From Acutalibacteraceae bacterium (GTDB lineage Bacteria > Bacillota > Clostridia > Oscillospirales > Acutalibacteraceae), in assembly GCA_045650165.1 (NCBI GenBank), contig JAZRQW010000024.1:25661-89660 (forward strand): a DNA stretch of 64,000 nt. The letters run 5' to 3'. The position numbers and the translations under genes are program-made. The notes below the pieces were generated by a model, which saw only the letters and a list, made by a program, of their open reading frames with translations, did not search any database and was not told the origin of the DNA. Shown here in pieces: positions 54,624-64,000 of the stretch; the first letter of the stretch is position 1; each line of letters starts with the position of its first letter.

Positions 54624-56489
54624 ATGAACGACTCAATGCTCAGAAACATAAAATCTCCCGAGGATATAAAGGGCTACAGCTTTGATGAACTTGATTCTCT
54701 TTCCCGGGAAATAAGAGAAACGCTGATAACCACCGTTGCCAACAACGGCGGTCATTTGGCGTCCAATCTTGGCGTTGTTGAGCTGACTATTGCGATGCAC
54801 AAGTGCTTTGATTCACCTAAAGATAAGTTTGTGTTTGATGTAGGTCATCAGGTTTATACTCACAAGCTTCTCACCGGCAGATACGACAGGTTTTCGACCC
54901 TTCGTACCGAGGGCGGCATTTCAGGCTTCCCCAGACCCAAGGAAAGTGAGCACGACCCGTTTTGCTCAGGTCATAGCAGTACGTCAATTTCTGCCGCATA
55001 CGGTATAAGTGTTTCCGAGATAATCAAGAATTCTGATAACTATACCGTTGCTGTTATCGGTGACGGTGCTTTTACCGGCGGTCTTACCTATGAAGCGCTT
55101 AACAACGCAGGCAGAAACAAGGATGCAAGACTGATTATAATTCTCAACGACAACGAGATGTCAATTTCACAGAACGTCGGTTCGGTTTCAAAGTATCTTA
55201 CAAACATCCGCACAACCAAGGGTTATTTCCGCCTTAAAGCCGGTGTGGAAAGGGCTCTCAACCACATTCCCGTAATAGGAGAATCACTCTCATCAAAGGC
55301 TTATAAGCTTAAAACCAAAATCAAGGACAAGGTTTACAACAGCAATATGTTTGAGGACCTTGGCTTCAGATATATGGGTCCCGTTGACGGCCACAATATC
55401 AAAAAGCTCTGTGAAGTGCTTGAGGAGTGCAAGAATATCGGCAGTCCCGTATTGCTTCACGTTCATACCACCAAGGGTAAGGGCTATGAGCTTGCAGAAA
55501 AGAATCCGAGCGTATTCCACGGTATATCGAAGTTTGATACCGATACGGGTGAAACCGTTTCAAAGGGTGCAAACTTTTCAGATGAATTCGGCAAGTGCCT
55601 TTGCGAGCTTGCAAGTAAGGATGAGCGTATTTGTGCCATTACCGCCGCTATGTCACTCGGTACGGGTCTGAGTGAATTCTGTAATACTTATTCTGAACGC
55701 TTTTTCGATGTTGGTATTGCGGAAGAACACGCAGTTGTTTTTGCAAGCGGTCTTGCAAAAGGCGAAATGGTTCCGTTTTTCGTTGTTTATTCAACCTTCC
55801 TCCAGCGTTGCTACGATCAGCTTATTCACGATGCTGCCTTACAGAAGCGCAAAATGATAATAGCTGTTGACCGTGCAGGTTTTGTCGGCGAAGACGGCGA
55901 GACACACCAGGGCATATTTGATGTGGCGTTTATGAACACGATATCGAATTTTACCATTTATGCACCTGCCACTTATGAAGAACTAAGGCATGATATGTAC
56001 CGTGCTGTATATAAAGACAGCAATGTTATAGCAATCCGTTATCCCAGGGGCGGTGAATGTGTCCTGCCTGCCGATTTCAGGCCGACCTATGATGTTTATG
56101 ATGTCTATGGCGACGAGGATGCAAATGTCACAATTGTCACTTATGGAAGAATTTTCGGCAACGCCTGCGTTGCCTGTAACAATCTGCGTGCCAAAGGTAA
56201 GTCGGTGCGTGTGCTGAAACTCAATCAGATTAAACCGCTTGACCCGTGCATAATTGAAATATTAAAAAACGACCGCAGTATCTTCTTTTTTGAAGAGGGT
56301 ATACAGAACGGCGGTGTCGGCGAAAAGCTTGCGTTAAGATTGCTTGAAGCCGGTTATAAAGGCGAATATAAGTTAACGGCAGTTGATTACTGCTTTGTTG
56401 AGCACGGCAGCGTTGAAGCGACTATACGCAACAACTCTCTTGATGCCGACTCTATGGAAAATATAGCAGGGGGTGCTTTTGTTGGCTGA
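54624..56489 (+). CDS. dxs: 1-deoxy-D-xylulose-5-phosphate synthase
   Basis: GHSSTSISAA, TPP motif GDGAFTGG...NDN, 621 aa. Confidence 0.95.
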   Translation: MNDSMLRNIKSPEDIKGYSFDELDSLSREIRETLITTVANNGGHLASNLGVVELTIAMHKCFDSPKDKFVFDVGHQVYTHKLLTGRYDRFSTLRTEGGISGFPRPKESEHDPFCSGHSSTSISAAYGISVSEIIKNSDNYTVAVIGDGAFTGGLTYEALNNAGRNKDARLIIILNDNEMSISQNVGSVSKYLTNIRTTKGYFRLKAGVERALNHIPVIGESLSSKAYKLKTKIKDKVYNSNMFEDLGFRYMGPVDGHNIKKLCEVLEECKNIGSPVLLHVHTTKGKGYELAEKNPSVFHGISKFDTDTGETVSKGANFSDEFGKCLCELASKDERICAITAAMSLGTGLSEFCNTYSERFFDVGIAEEHAVVFASGLAKGEMVPFFVVYSTFLQRCYDQLIHDAALQKRKMIIAVDRAGFVGEDGETHQGIFDVAFMNTISNFTIYAPATYEELRHDMYRAVYKDSNVIAIRYPRGGECVLPADFRPTYDVYDVYGDEDANVTIVTYGRIFGNACVACNNLRAKGKSVRVLKLNQIKPLDPCIIEILKNDRSIFFFEEGIQNGGVGEKLALRLLEAGYKGEYKLTAVDYCFVEHGSVEATIRNNSLDADSMENIAGGAFVG

Positions 56490-57285
56490 AAAAAAGAGGC
56501 TTGATGTAGCAATCTTTGATATGGGTCTTGCCGAAAGCCGTGAAAAGGCAAAGGCACTTATTATGGCGGGTCAAGTCTATCTCAACGGTCAGAAGGAACT
56601 CAAGGCGGGCGCCAACGTAAAGCCCGACGACAGTGTCGAAGTAAGGGGCGAAAAAATGCCCTTTGTAAGCCGTGGGGGATATAAGCTTGACAAGGCGATG
56701 AAATCTTTCCCGATTTCCCTTCAAAATAAAACATGTATGGATGTCGGTGCCTCTACGGGCGGCTTTACCGACTGTATGCTGATGAACGGTGCCGTTAAGG
56801 TTTACGCTGTCGATGTCGGCTACGGTCAGCTTGCGTGGAAACTGCGCAGCGACGAAAGGGTAGTTAACCTTGAGCGCACCAATTTCCGCTACGTAACCCG
56901 TGAACAGATACCTGATGAAATAGACTTTTCAAGTGTTGATGTTTCTTTTATTTCACTCAAACTTATTCTTCCTGTGCTTTACTCTCTTTTAAAGCAGGGC
57001 GGCGAGGCTGTCTGCCTTGTCAAACCGCAGTTTGAGGCAGGCAAGGAAAAGATAGGCAAAAAGGGTGTTGTCCGTGACAGAGCGGTACACCTTGAGGTTA
57101 TCAATAACTGTATTGGTTACGCCAAAGAAAACGGCTTTGCCGTCAAGGGCCTCGAGTTTTCACCAGTCAAAGGCCCCGAGGGTAATATCGAGTATCTTCT
57201 CTATATCGCTAAGGCAGATTGTGAGGATGAAGCGATTTCGCCCGAAGCAACAGTAGAAGCATCACATAACGAGCTTGATAAATAA
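56473..57285 (+). CDS. tlyA: TlyA-family rRNA 2'-O-methyltransferase
   Basis: N-terminal S4-like RLDVAIFDMGLAESREKAK and FtsJ motif DVGASTGGFTD. Start is GTG 56473 or TTG 56479/56482, overlapping the dxs stop. Confidence 0.85.
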   Translation: MLLLAEKKRLDVAIFDMGLAESREKAKALIMAGQVYLNGQKELKAGANVKPDDSVEVRGEKMPFVSRGGYKLDKAMKSFPISLQNKTCMDVGASTGGFTDCMLMNGAVKVYAVDVGYGQLAWKLRSDERVVNLERTNFRYVTREQIPDEIDFSSVDVSFISLKLILPVLYSLLKQGGEAVCLVKPQFEAGKEKIGKKGVVRDRAVHLEVINNCIGYAKENGFAVKGLEFSPVKGPEGNIEYLLYIAKADCEDEAISPEATVEASHNELDK

Positions 57286-57304
57286 ATGAACATAGGTGAT
57301 GGTT

Positions 57305-58159
57305 ATGAAGATAGCAGTCATACCTAATTTAACGCGCGAATACGCACTCAAAACAACACGGCAGGTTGTTGATGAACTGAAAAAACACAGTTGCGAAATT
57401 GTGCTTGCAGATAGCTGTAAGGAAGAGTTTTCAGGGGACAGTAAATTGTTTTTCTCCGATACGGATTGCGCAATACAGCAAGCTGATGTAATTATAGCCA
57501 TCGGCGGTGACGGTACGATCCTTCGCATCGGCAAAATTGCGGCGAAATATTCAAAGCCCATTCTCGGCATAAACGCAGGCCGTCTGGCCTTTATGGCAGG
57601 TCTTGAAAGACACGAGCTTGACCTGCTCGGTAAGCTCTTCACAGGTGAATACAAAACCGACAAGCGTATGATGCTTGAAGTTCTTACCTTCGATGAAACG
57701 GGCTTGTGTACGGGCAGACACAACTGCATTAACGATGCTGTTTTTTCACGTAAAACCAACAGAACGATTATTGAGTTGACCGTCGAAAGCAACGGCAGAC
57801 TTATAAATAACTATTGGGGCGACGGTGTAATATTTGCCACTCCAACGGGTTCAACGGCTTATTCGCTTTCTGCAGGCGGACCCGTTGTTGACCCGACCAT
57901 CGAAAGTATCATACTTACGCCGATATGTACCCATTCTCTTTTCAGCCACTCGATTATATTCCGTGAGGATGAGAGAATGACAGTATATGCCACCAAGGAC
58001 GACGAAACAGAGCTTTGCGTTCTGTGTGACGGTGAATCACCCATACAAATAGGTCAGGGTTGTTCGTGCGTGGTGCAAAAAGCAGACACGGTGGCGGAAT
58101 TTATAAGAATAAAATCCGATAGCTTTACCGAAATACTCAACAGTAAGCTGATAAATTAA
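57305..58159 (+). CDS. nadK: NAD+ kinase
   Basis: GGDGT motif (IAIGGDGTIL) and PTGSTAYSLSAGGP. ATG 57305 gives the typical MKIAVIPN N-terminus. Confidence 0.9.
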   Translation: MKIAVIPNLTREYALKTTRQVVDELKKHSCEIVLADSCKEEFSGDSKLFFSDTDCAIQQADVIIAIGGDGTILRIGKIAAKYSKPILGINAGRLAFMAGLERHELDLLGKLFTGEYKTDKRMMLEVLTFDETGLCTGRHNCINDAVFSRKTNRTIIELTVESNGRLINNYWGDGVIFATPTGSTAYSLSAGGPVVDPTIESIILTPICTHSLFSHSIIFREDERMTVYATKDDETELCVLCDGESPIQIGQGCSCVVQKADTVAEFIRIKSDSFTEILNSKLIN

Positions 58160-58173
58160 GGGAGGACAAGGCT

Positions 58174-58626
58174 ATGAAAAAAAGAAGGCATGAACTGATT
58201 ATAAAGGCAATTGAAAACAGAGATATTGCCACTCAGGAGGAACTGCTTCTTGCTCTTCGTGAGGACGGTCTTGATGTTACGCAAGCCACTGTATCAAGAG
58301 ATATCAAAGAGCTTGGCCTCGTTAAATCAATGGGCAAAAACGGTAAATACCGCTATTCCGTGCCCAAAAGTGCTTCGGGTGAAGCAGGCAGAACCTTCCA
58401 TAATATAATCGCGCCCTCTGTACTCTGGGTGGATTATGCAATGAATACCGTTGTTATAAAGTGCTACGCAGGTATGGCTCAGGCTGTCTGTGCGGCAATG
58501 GATACAATGGAGCTTAACGGCGTTGTCGGCACACTTGCAGGTGACGATACAATTTTTGTGCTTTGCCGTAACGAGGGACTTGCACACGAGCTTACAATTA
58601 CTCTCAGAAATATGATTTCAAAATAA
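58174..58626 (+). CDS. argR: arginine repressor
   Basis: Winged-helix region QATVSRDIKELGLVK and C-terminal oligomerisation region GTLAGDDTIFV. Confidence 0.9.
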   Translation: MKKRRHELIIKAIENRDIATQEELLLALREDGLDVTQATVSRDIKELGLVKSMGKNGKYRYSVPKSASGEAGRTFHNIIAPSVLWVDYAMNTVVIKCYAGMAQAVCAAMDTMELNGVVGTLAGDDTIFVLCRNEGLAHELTITLRNMISK

Positions 58627-58661
58627 TTCTATAATTCTTAAGTTTCAAGAGGTGGGGAGAT

Positions 58662-60326
58662 ATGCTCCAGAACCTTAAAATTGAAAATGTTGCAATAATT
58701 GAAAGCGCCGATATCTTTTTTGAAAAAGGCCTTAATATAATGACGGGCGAAACGGGCGCAGGTAAATCTATTGTTATTGACTCTATAAATGCAATTCTCG
58801 GCGAGCGAACATCCAGAGAGCATGTGCGTACGGGTTGTACCAAAGCAAGTGTTACCGCTTTGTTTAAGACACAGAGCGTTGGTGTTTCTGCCGTGCTTGA
58901 TGATTTTGGCATTGAAAGCGAAGCAGACGGCAGTCTGCTTATAAGCCGTTCAATCAGCCTTGACGGTAAAAATGTCTGCCGTATCAACGGTATGCCCGTA
59001 ACTGTGGGCATGCTCAGAACACTCGGCAGAGAGCTTATCAATATCCACGGTCAGCACGATAGCCAGCAGCTTCTTAACCCTGAAACTCATTGCAGCTTTG
59101 TCGATAAGCTTGCAGGCAATGATGGCTTGCTCGAAGAGTACGCATTGGCTTTTGATAAGCTTTCACAACTCAAAAGAGAAATAGCTTCATTACAGACGGA
59201 TGATGCTGCAAAGGCACGCAAAATCGAACTTCTGACATATCAGATTGATGAAATTGAAAACGCAAGCCTTACGGTCGGCGAAATGGAAGAGATTAAATCC
59301 GTCCGTACCCTGCACCGTAACAGCGAAAAGATAATAGGCAATGTAAATGAGGCCTATGCGCTTTTAAGCGGTGCCGATGAAATGTCGGGCGCACTTGAAC
59401 AGATTAAAATGTCTGCCAGACAGCTTGACAGCGTTTCGCAGTACTATTCAGCGCTTGATGAAAACGCCGAAAAGCTCAGAGAAATAAGCTATCTTATAGA
59501 AGATGTGCAGGATAAGCTGTCTTCCGTTATGGATGAGCTTGAATACGATCCGCAGTACGCTCAGGCAGTAGAGGACAGACTTGATTATCTCAACCGTTTA
59601 AGCCGCAAATACGGCGAAACGGAAGAGGAGATGCTTTCTTTCTGCGAAAAGTGCAAAAAGGAGAGGCAGGATATCGAGCTTTCAGACGAAAGGCTTATTC
59701 AGCTTGAAGCGGAAGAAAAGAAGCAGTACGAATATGTTGTTTCTCTTGCCGAAAAGCTTACCGAAATACGAAAAACAACAGGCGTTGATTTTGCCGAAAA
59801 GGTTAAGGAAGAGCTGGTTTTCCTCGATATGCCGAATGTTGTTTTCGCTGTTGATATGAAGCCTTGCGCTCTTAACGAAAACGGTGCGGATGAAGTGGAA
59901 TTTCTCATTTCTCCCAACCTCGGTGAAGCGCCGAAGCCTATGGCAAAAATCGCTTCGGGCGGCGAGCTTTCCAGAATTATGCTTGCCATAAAGAATGTTC
60001 TTTCTGATAAGGACGGCACGGAAACCCTTATATTTGATGAAATTGATGCGGGTGTCAGCGGCAGAGCGGCTTCGAAATTGGGCAAAAAGCTCAGCGCTGT
60101 TTCTGACGGCAGGCAGGTAATCTGCGTAACTCACCTTGCACAGATTGCAGCACAGGCTGACCACCACTTTGAAATAAGCAAGGCTTCCCGTGACGGCAAA
60201 ACATACACAAGTGTAACTCCGCTTGATTTTGACGGCAGAAAGCGTGAGCTTGCCCGTATCATCGGCGGCGAAGAAATTACACAGGCACAGCTTGATATGG
60301 CTGAAGAAATGTTGACAAAAATTTAA
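58662..60326 (+). CDS. recN: DNA repair protein RecN
   Basis: Walker A GETGAGKS, long coiled-coil middle, C-terminal SGGELSR and LIFDEIDAGVSG. Confidence 0.95.
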   Translation: MLQNLKIENVAIIESADIFFEKGLNIMTGETGAGKSIVIDSINAILGERTSREHVRTGCTKASVTALFKTQSVGVSAVLDDFGIESEADGSLLISRSISLDGKNVCRINGMPVTVGMLRTLGRELINIHGQHDSQQLLNPETHCSFVDKLAGNDGLLEEYALAFDKLSQLKREIASLQTDDAAKARKIELLTYQIDEIENASLTVGEMEEIKSVRTLHRNSEKIIGNVNEAYALLSGADEMSGALEQIKMSARQLDSVSQYYSALDENAEKLREISYLIEDVQDKLSSVMDELEYDPQYAQAVEDRLDYLNRLSRKYGETEEEMLSFCEKCKKERQDIELSDERLIQLEAEEKKQYEYVVSLAEKLTEIRKTTGVDFAEKVKEELVFLDMPNVVFAVDMKPCALNENGADEVEFLISPNLGEAPKPMAKIASGGELSRIMLAIKNVLSDKDGTETLIFDEIDAGVSGRAASKLGKKLSAVSDGRQVICVTHLAQIAAQADHHFEISKASRDGKTYTSVTPLDFDGRKRELARIIGGEEITQAQLDMAEEMLTKI

Positions 60327-60371
60327 ATTTATTATATTATCACAATAATTTCAATTCGGAGGAATTTTAAA

Positions 60372-61598
60372 ATGAAAATTTATGACGAGCTCGTTGCCAG
60401 AGGTCTTATTGCTCAGGTAACGGATGAAAAGGAAATCAGAGAGCTTATCGACAACGGTAAGGCTGTTTTCTATATAGGCTTTGACCCTACGGCTGACAGC
60501 CTTCATGTCGGTCACTTTATGGCTCTTTGCCTTATGAAGCGCCTTCAGATGGCGGGCAACAAGCCTATCGCTCTTCTCGGCGGCGGCACAGGTATGATTG
60601 GTGACCCCTCTGGCAGAAGCGACCTTCGTCAGGTGCTTACCAAGGAAACGATTGAGCACAATGTCGAGTGTTTCAAAAAGCAGATGAGCCGCTTTATCGA
60701 ATTCGGTGAAGGCAAGGCTATGATGATTAACAACGCCGACTGGCTTCTTGACCTTAACTATGTTGATGTTCTGCGCGAGGTTGGCCATTGCTTCTCTGTA
60801 AACAATATGCTCCGTGCAGAGTGCTATAAGCAGAGAATGGAAAAGGGTCTGAGCTTCCTTGAGTTCAACTATATGATTATGCAGAGCTACGACTTCTACC
60901 ACCTCTATAAGGAATATGGCTGTAATATGCAGTTCGGTGGCGATGACCAGTGGTCAAATATGCTCGGCGGTACTGAGCTTATCCGTAAAAAGCTCGGTAA
61001 GGATGCATATGCAATGACAATCACTCTTCTCCTCAACTCTGAGGGTAAGAAGATGGGTAAAACCGCTTCCGGCGCTGTTTGGCTTGACCCCCAGAAGACC
61101 TCTCCGTACGAGTTCTATCAGTACTGGCGTAATGTAAGTGATGCAGACGTTCTCAAGTGTATCCGTATGCTCACCTTCCTTCCTCTCGAGGAAATTGATG
61201 AAATGGATAAGTGGGAGGGCAGCCAGCTCAATAAGGCTAAGGAGATTCTCGGCTTTGAGCTTACAAAGCTTGTTCACGGCGAGGAAGAGGCAGTCAAGGC
61301 TCAGGAGGCTGCAAGAGCACTCTTTGCAGGCGGCGCAAATACCGACAATATGCCCACAACCGCTCTTTCTGCTGAAGACTTTACAGACGGCAAGGTAGGT
61401 ATTATCGATATCCTCGTCAAGACTGCCATTGCAAAGTCAAGAGGCGAAGCACGCAGACTCATTGAGCAGGGCGGTGTCTCCCTCGATGATGAAAAGGTTA
61501 CTTCAATCGATACCTTTGTTGATGAGGCAAAGCTCGCAGACGGCGGCTATGTGATCGTTAAGAAGGGTAAGAAAGTGTTCCACAAAATCACAAAGTAA
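60372..61598 (+). CDS. tyrS: tyrosine--tRNA ligase
   Basis: HIGH-type motif SLHVGHF, KMSKS-type KKMGKT and a C-terminal S4 domain. 408 aa. Confidence 0.95.
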   Translation: MKIYDELVARGLIAQVTDEKEIRELIDNGKAVFYIGFDPTADSLHVGHFMALCLMKRLQMAGNKPIALLGGGTGMIGDPSGRSDLRQVLTKETIEHNVECFKKQMSRFIEFGEGKAMMINNADWLLDLNYVDVLREVGHCFSVNNMLRAECYKQRMEKGLSFLEFNYMIMQSYDFYHLYKEYGCNMQFGGDDQWSNMLGGTELIRKKLGKDAYAMTITLLLNSEGKKMGKTASGAVWLDPQKTSPYEFYQYWRNVSDADVLKCIRMLTFLPLEEIDEMDKWEGSQLNKAKEILGFELTKLVHGEEEAVKAQEAARALFAGGANTDNMPTTALSAEDFTDGKVGIIDILVKTAIAKSRGEARRLIEQGGVSLDDEKVTSIDTFVDEAKLADGGYVIVKKGKKVFHKITK

Positions 61599-61654
61599 AT
61601 TTTTGTTTTCGGAACAGTAATTAATATAGCTTCTGAAAATATACAATCTGTTTA

Positions 61655-61686
61655 ATACCGATGGCGTGTGCCGTCGGTATTTTTTT
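61655..61686 (+). terminator. intrinsic terminator after tyrS
   Basis: Stem ATACCGATGGC / GCCGTCGGTAT (11 bp with one G-U pair), 4-nt loop, then T6. Confidence 0.75.
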
Positions 61687-63351
61687 ATGCTTTCAGCAGA
61701 TAATATATGCAGAATATTTGATGGGCGGAATGTTTTGTTGAAGAAGAAAAACGGAAAATTATTGTCACGACCTCTGGTCGTTTATTTTTGTGTTATTGCA
61801 ATTCTTGGCTTGCTTCCGGTGCGGATTCTGTTGGTTGGTGATGAATATAGCCTGGCAGCTGAAAACTCAGGCTCAAAAAGCCTTACCGCAGCGCACAGCA
61901 GGGGGATTATATATGACAGACGGCTCAGGCGGTTGACATGTGAAAATATGATTACCGTATCTGCTGTCAAACCTACTTTATCTGCGCTCAATGCGTTGAG
62001 AACAGTGCTTGATGATGATGAATTTACGGCAATCAGCCGGGAAATATCACAGCATAATCCCGTTGTGCTCAGAATAGGGAACTCGGTTAATAATGACGAT
62101 ATAATGACGCTCCCTGTATACAATCGGTATAGTTTCAAACAAACAGCCTCACATGTGATCGGCTATCTTTCGGATGGCGGAACAAGGGGAGTAAGCGGTA
62201 TCGAAAGCAGCTTTGATTCCGTATTGAATTCCTATAGCGGACGGCTTGATGTGCGCTATTTTGCCGATGCAAACGGCTCAGGTTTGCCGGGTACGGATTT
62301 CGAATTAGTTAACAATAATTACAACAACTGCGGCGGTGTTGTTCTGACTATCGATAAAAATTTTCAGTCAGCACTTGAAAGTGCCGCGGATAAGTACCGA
62401 CTCAAAAAAGGCGCGGCGGTAATACTCGATATCAACAGCGGTGAAATAGTGGCGGCATTAAGCAGACCCGACTATGACAGAAACAATATTTCAGCCAGCC
62501 TTACGGATGAGAATCTTCCGCTTTTCAACAGGATTCTGGGTTCATATCCTGTTGGCTCAGTTTTTAAACCTCTTGTTGCTGCATGTGCACTTGAGCAAGG
62601 CGCAGACCCTTTATCAGAGTTTGAGTGTAAAGGTTATACGGTAAGTGGCGGTAAAACATTCAGTTGTATGAAAAACCACGGTTCTGTCAATATGGCTTCT
62701 GCACTGGCTTTTTCGTGCAACTGCTATTTTATTGACCTGATTGAAAAACTCGATACAGCTGACGTGCTTGAAACTGCAAAAAATCTCGGCTTTGGCAGCA
62801 GTATTGAATTTGCACAGGGTATGTGTACCTACAGCGGAAATATCCCAGAGGTGACTGAACTTGATTCTGCGGCGGCAAGGGCTAATTTTTCCTTCGGGCA
62901 GGGTACTCTTACGGCAAACGCTGTTCAGGTTGCCTGCCTTTATGCGGCAATTGCAAACGGCGGCGAATACAAAAAGCCCTATCTGGTCAAAGGCTTTTGC
63001 GATGAAAATATGAATATTTACGATCAATATACCTCACCTTCACCTGTAAAAGTGTTTTCAAAATCAACTGCTGATATTATCGGATCTTTTCTTGAGCTTG
63101 CTGTGCGTGAAGGTACGGGGTCTGCGGCACAGGTCGAAAATTGTCGTGTCGGCGGTAAAACAGCAACGGCGCAAACAGGTGAGTATATCGGAGGCAAGGA
63201 GCGTGTCGTTACCTGGTTTGCGGGTTTTTATCCCTACGAAAAACCTGAATATGTTCTTGTTGTAATGTGTGAGGATGGCGAGTCGGGCTCCGCAGACTGT
63301 GCACCCGTTTTCTCAACAACAGTAAATCTGCTTTTAAATAATAATTATTAG
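61687..63351 (+). CDS. class B penicillin-binding protein (PBP2/SpoVD-like transpeptidase, no PASTA domains)
   Basis: N-terminal TM helix and motifs SVFK (SxxK), SCN (SxN) and KTA (KTG-like). Start uncertain: GTG 61666 lies inside the terminator stem, so ATG 61687 or TTG 61735/61738 (giving LKKKNGKLL...) are plausible. Confidence 0.8.
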   Translation: MLSADNICRIFDGRNVLLKKKNGKLLSRPLVVYFCVIAILGLLPVRILLVGDEYSLAAENSGSKSLTAAHSRGIIYDRRLRRLTCENMITVSAVKPTLSALNALRTVLDDDEFTAISREISQHNPVVLRIGNSVNNDDIMTLPVYNRYSFKQTASHVIGYLSDGGTRGVSGIESSFDSVLNSYSGRLDVRYFADANGSGLPGTDFELVNNNYNNCGGVVLTIDKNFQSALESAADKYRLKKGAAVILDINSGEIVAALSRPDYDRNNISASLTDENLPLFNRILGSYPVGSVFKPLVAACALEQGADPLSEFECKGYTVSGGKTFSCMKNHGSVNMASALAFSCNCYFIDLIEKLDTADVLETAKNLGFGSSIEFAQGMCTYSGNIPEVTELDSAAARANFSFGQGTLTANAVQVACLYAAIANGGEYKKPYLVKGFCDENMNIYDQYTSPSPVKVFSKSTADIIGSFLELAVREGTGSAAQVENCRVGGKTATAQTGEYIGGKERVVTWFAGFYPYEKPEYVLVVMCEDGESGSADCAPVFSTTVNLLLNNNY

Positions 63352-63361
63352 TACAAAAGTC

Positions 63362-63391
63362 TTTACTTTATTATAATTAATATGTTATAAT
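63362..63391 (+). promoter_or_regulatory. candidate extended -10 promoter of ruvC
   Basis: TTTACT (63362-63367), 18-nt spacer ending in TGT, TATAAT (63386-63391). Confidence 0.4.
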
Positions 63392-63424
63392 GCATTGATA
63401 TTAATAATGGGCAGGAATTTGCGA

Positions 63425-63919
63425 ATGAGAATTATCGGCATTGACCCCGGCTATGCAATAGTGGGTTACGGTATAATTGATTATGAGTCAAATCGTTTTA
63501 AAGTAGTGGACTACGGTGCGGTTACAACTCAGGCACATACGCCGTTTGATTTGCGTTTGCAGACAATTTACAACGGTCTTTCCTGCCTGATAGAAAAATA
63601 TTCCCCCGATGCTATGTCAATAGAAAAACTCTTTTTCAACACAAATACAACAACCGCTATTGACGTTGCACAGGCAAGAGGTGTTATAGTGCTTGCCGCC
63701 GCACAGGGCGGTCTGGATATTGCGGAATATACACCGCTTCAGGTAAAGCAGAGTGTTGTCGGTTACGGCAGGGCAGAGAAAAAGCAGGTGCAGGAAATGA
63801 CACGGCTTATGCTCAATTTGAAGGCTGTTCCCAAGCCGGACGATACTGCCGATGCCCTTGCCCTTGCAATCTGCCACGCTCACAGCGCAGGCTCTTTGCT
63901 CGGAAGAATGAAAGGATAG
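63425..63919 (+). CDS. ruvC: Holliday junction resolvase RuvC
   Basis: N-terminus [16 protein letters not shown] and C-terminal [13 protein letters not shown]. 164 aa. Confidence 0.9.
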   Translation: MRIIGIDPGYAIVGYGIIDYESNRFKVVDYGAVTTQAHTPFDLRLQTIYNGLSCLIEKYSPDAMSIEKLFFNTNTTTAIDVAQARGVIVLAAAQGGLDIAEYTPLQVKQSVVGYGRAEKKQVQEMTRLMLNLKAVPKPDDTADALALAICHAHSAGSLLGRMKG

Positions 63920-63926
63920 GAAGAAT

Positions 63927-64000
63927 ATGTTTTATTCACTTACCGGTACGGTAGTACATACAGACGAAACAAGTGTTGCGCTTTCTTGCGGCGGTGTTGC
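63927..64000 (+). CDS. ruvA: Holliday junction DNA helicase RuvA, N-terminal fragment (runs off window)
   Basis: MFYSLTGTVVHTDETSVALSCGGV matches the RuvA N-terminal OB-fold pattern. Position directly after ruvC. Confidence 0.7.
   Translation, partial: MFYSLTGTVVHTDETSVALSCGGV

Noticed and set aside
61666-61686. GTG 61666 as the start of the PBP gene.
   Set aside because: This codon lies inside the stem of the tyrS terminator hairpin, so a downstream start (ATG 61687 or TTG 61735/61738) is more plausible.
1-64000. Searched by eye for CRISPR repeats, tRNA/rRNA genes, IS elements with terminal inverted repeats, integrases, restriction-modification systems, toxin-antitoxin pairs and known defence-system domains.
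   Set aside because: None was found. All intergenic regions are 282 nt or shorter and AT-rich, no periodic repeat arrays are present, and the only methyltransferases are a TlyA rRNA enzyme and a non-DNA-type class I enzyme lacking DPPY/NPPY-type motifs.

Overview
The window reads as a chromosomal segment of an endospore-forming Clostridia-type Firmicute, at roughly 45% GC by eye and mostly plus-strand coding. This taxonomic call is an inference from the complete spoIIIAA-AH operon and the Bacillus/Clostridium-type synteny spoIIIA-asp23-nusB-xseAB-ispA-dxs-tlyA-nadK-argR-recN. Order of content: (1) the 3' part of a membrane pyrophosphatase gene; (2) a heterodimeric ABC exporter pair on the minus strand; (3) a terminator-free co-directional string of about 14.5 kb: metF, a short metH, a cytoplasmic BNR/Asp-box protein, the his operon hisZGDCBHAF-hisIE, an NhaC-type antiporter and a SAM methyltransferase; (4) a PadR regulator with a multi-pass membrane partner; (5) a TAXI-type TRAP transporter with DUF1850; (6) a glycan-related accessory patch: GH16, DUF2804, a frameshifted GH36-like alpha-galactosidase, a 778-aa uncharacterised putative glycosidase, GH43, a 2-hydroxyacid dehydrogenase, a TVP38-like membrane protein and an orphan galactokinase-family kinase; (7) two M42 peptidases, a GNAT, a YnbB-like PLP enzyme and DUF2461; (8) a secreted PHP-domain protein convergent with a large YfhO-family membrane protein; (9) the spoIIIA operon and the housekeeping block through recN, tyrS, a class B PBP, ruvC and the start of ruvA. 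I found no rRNA, tRNA, CRISPR array, transposase, integrase or recognisable defence, toxin-antitoxin or prophage genes. I do not see a convincing new multi-gene system. The best candidates for follow-up have moderate interest only: the BNR protein translationally coupled to metH, the PadR plus membrane sensor pair with a palindromic operator, the uncharacterised 778-aa protein next to the frameshifted GH36-like gene, the exported membrane-anchored PHP protein, and a TsaD/Kae1-like paralog between nusB and xseA. All family assignments come from motif reading of the translations, not from database searches.
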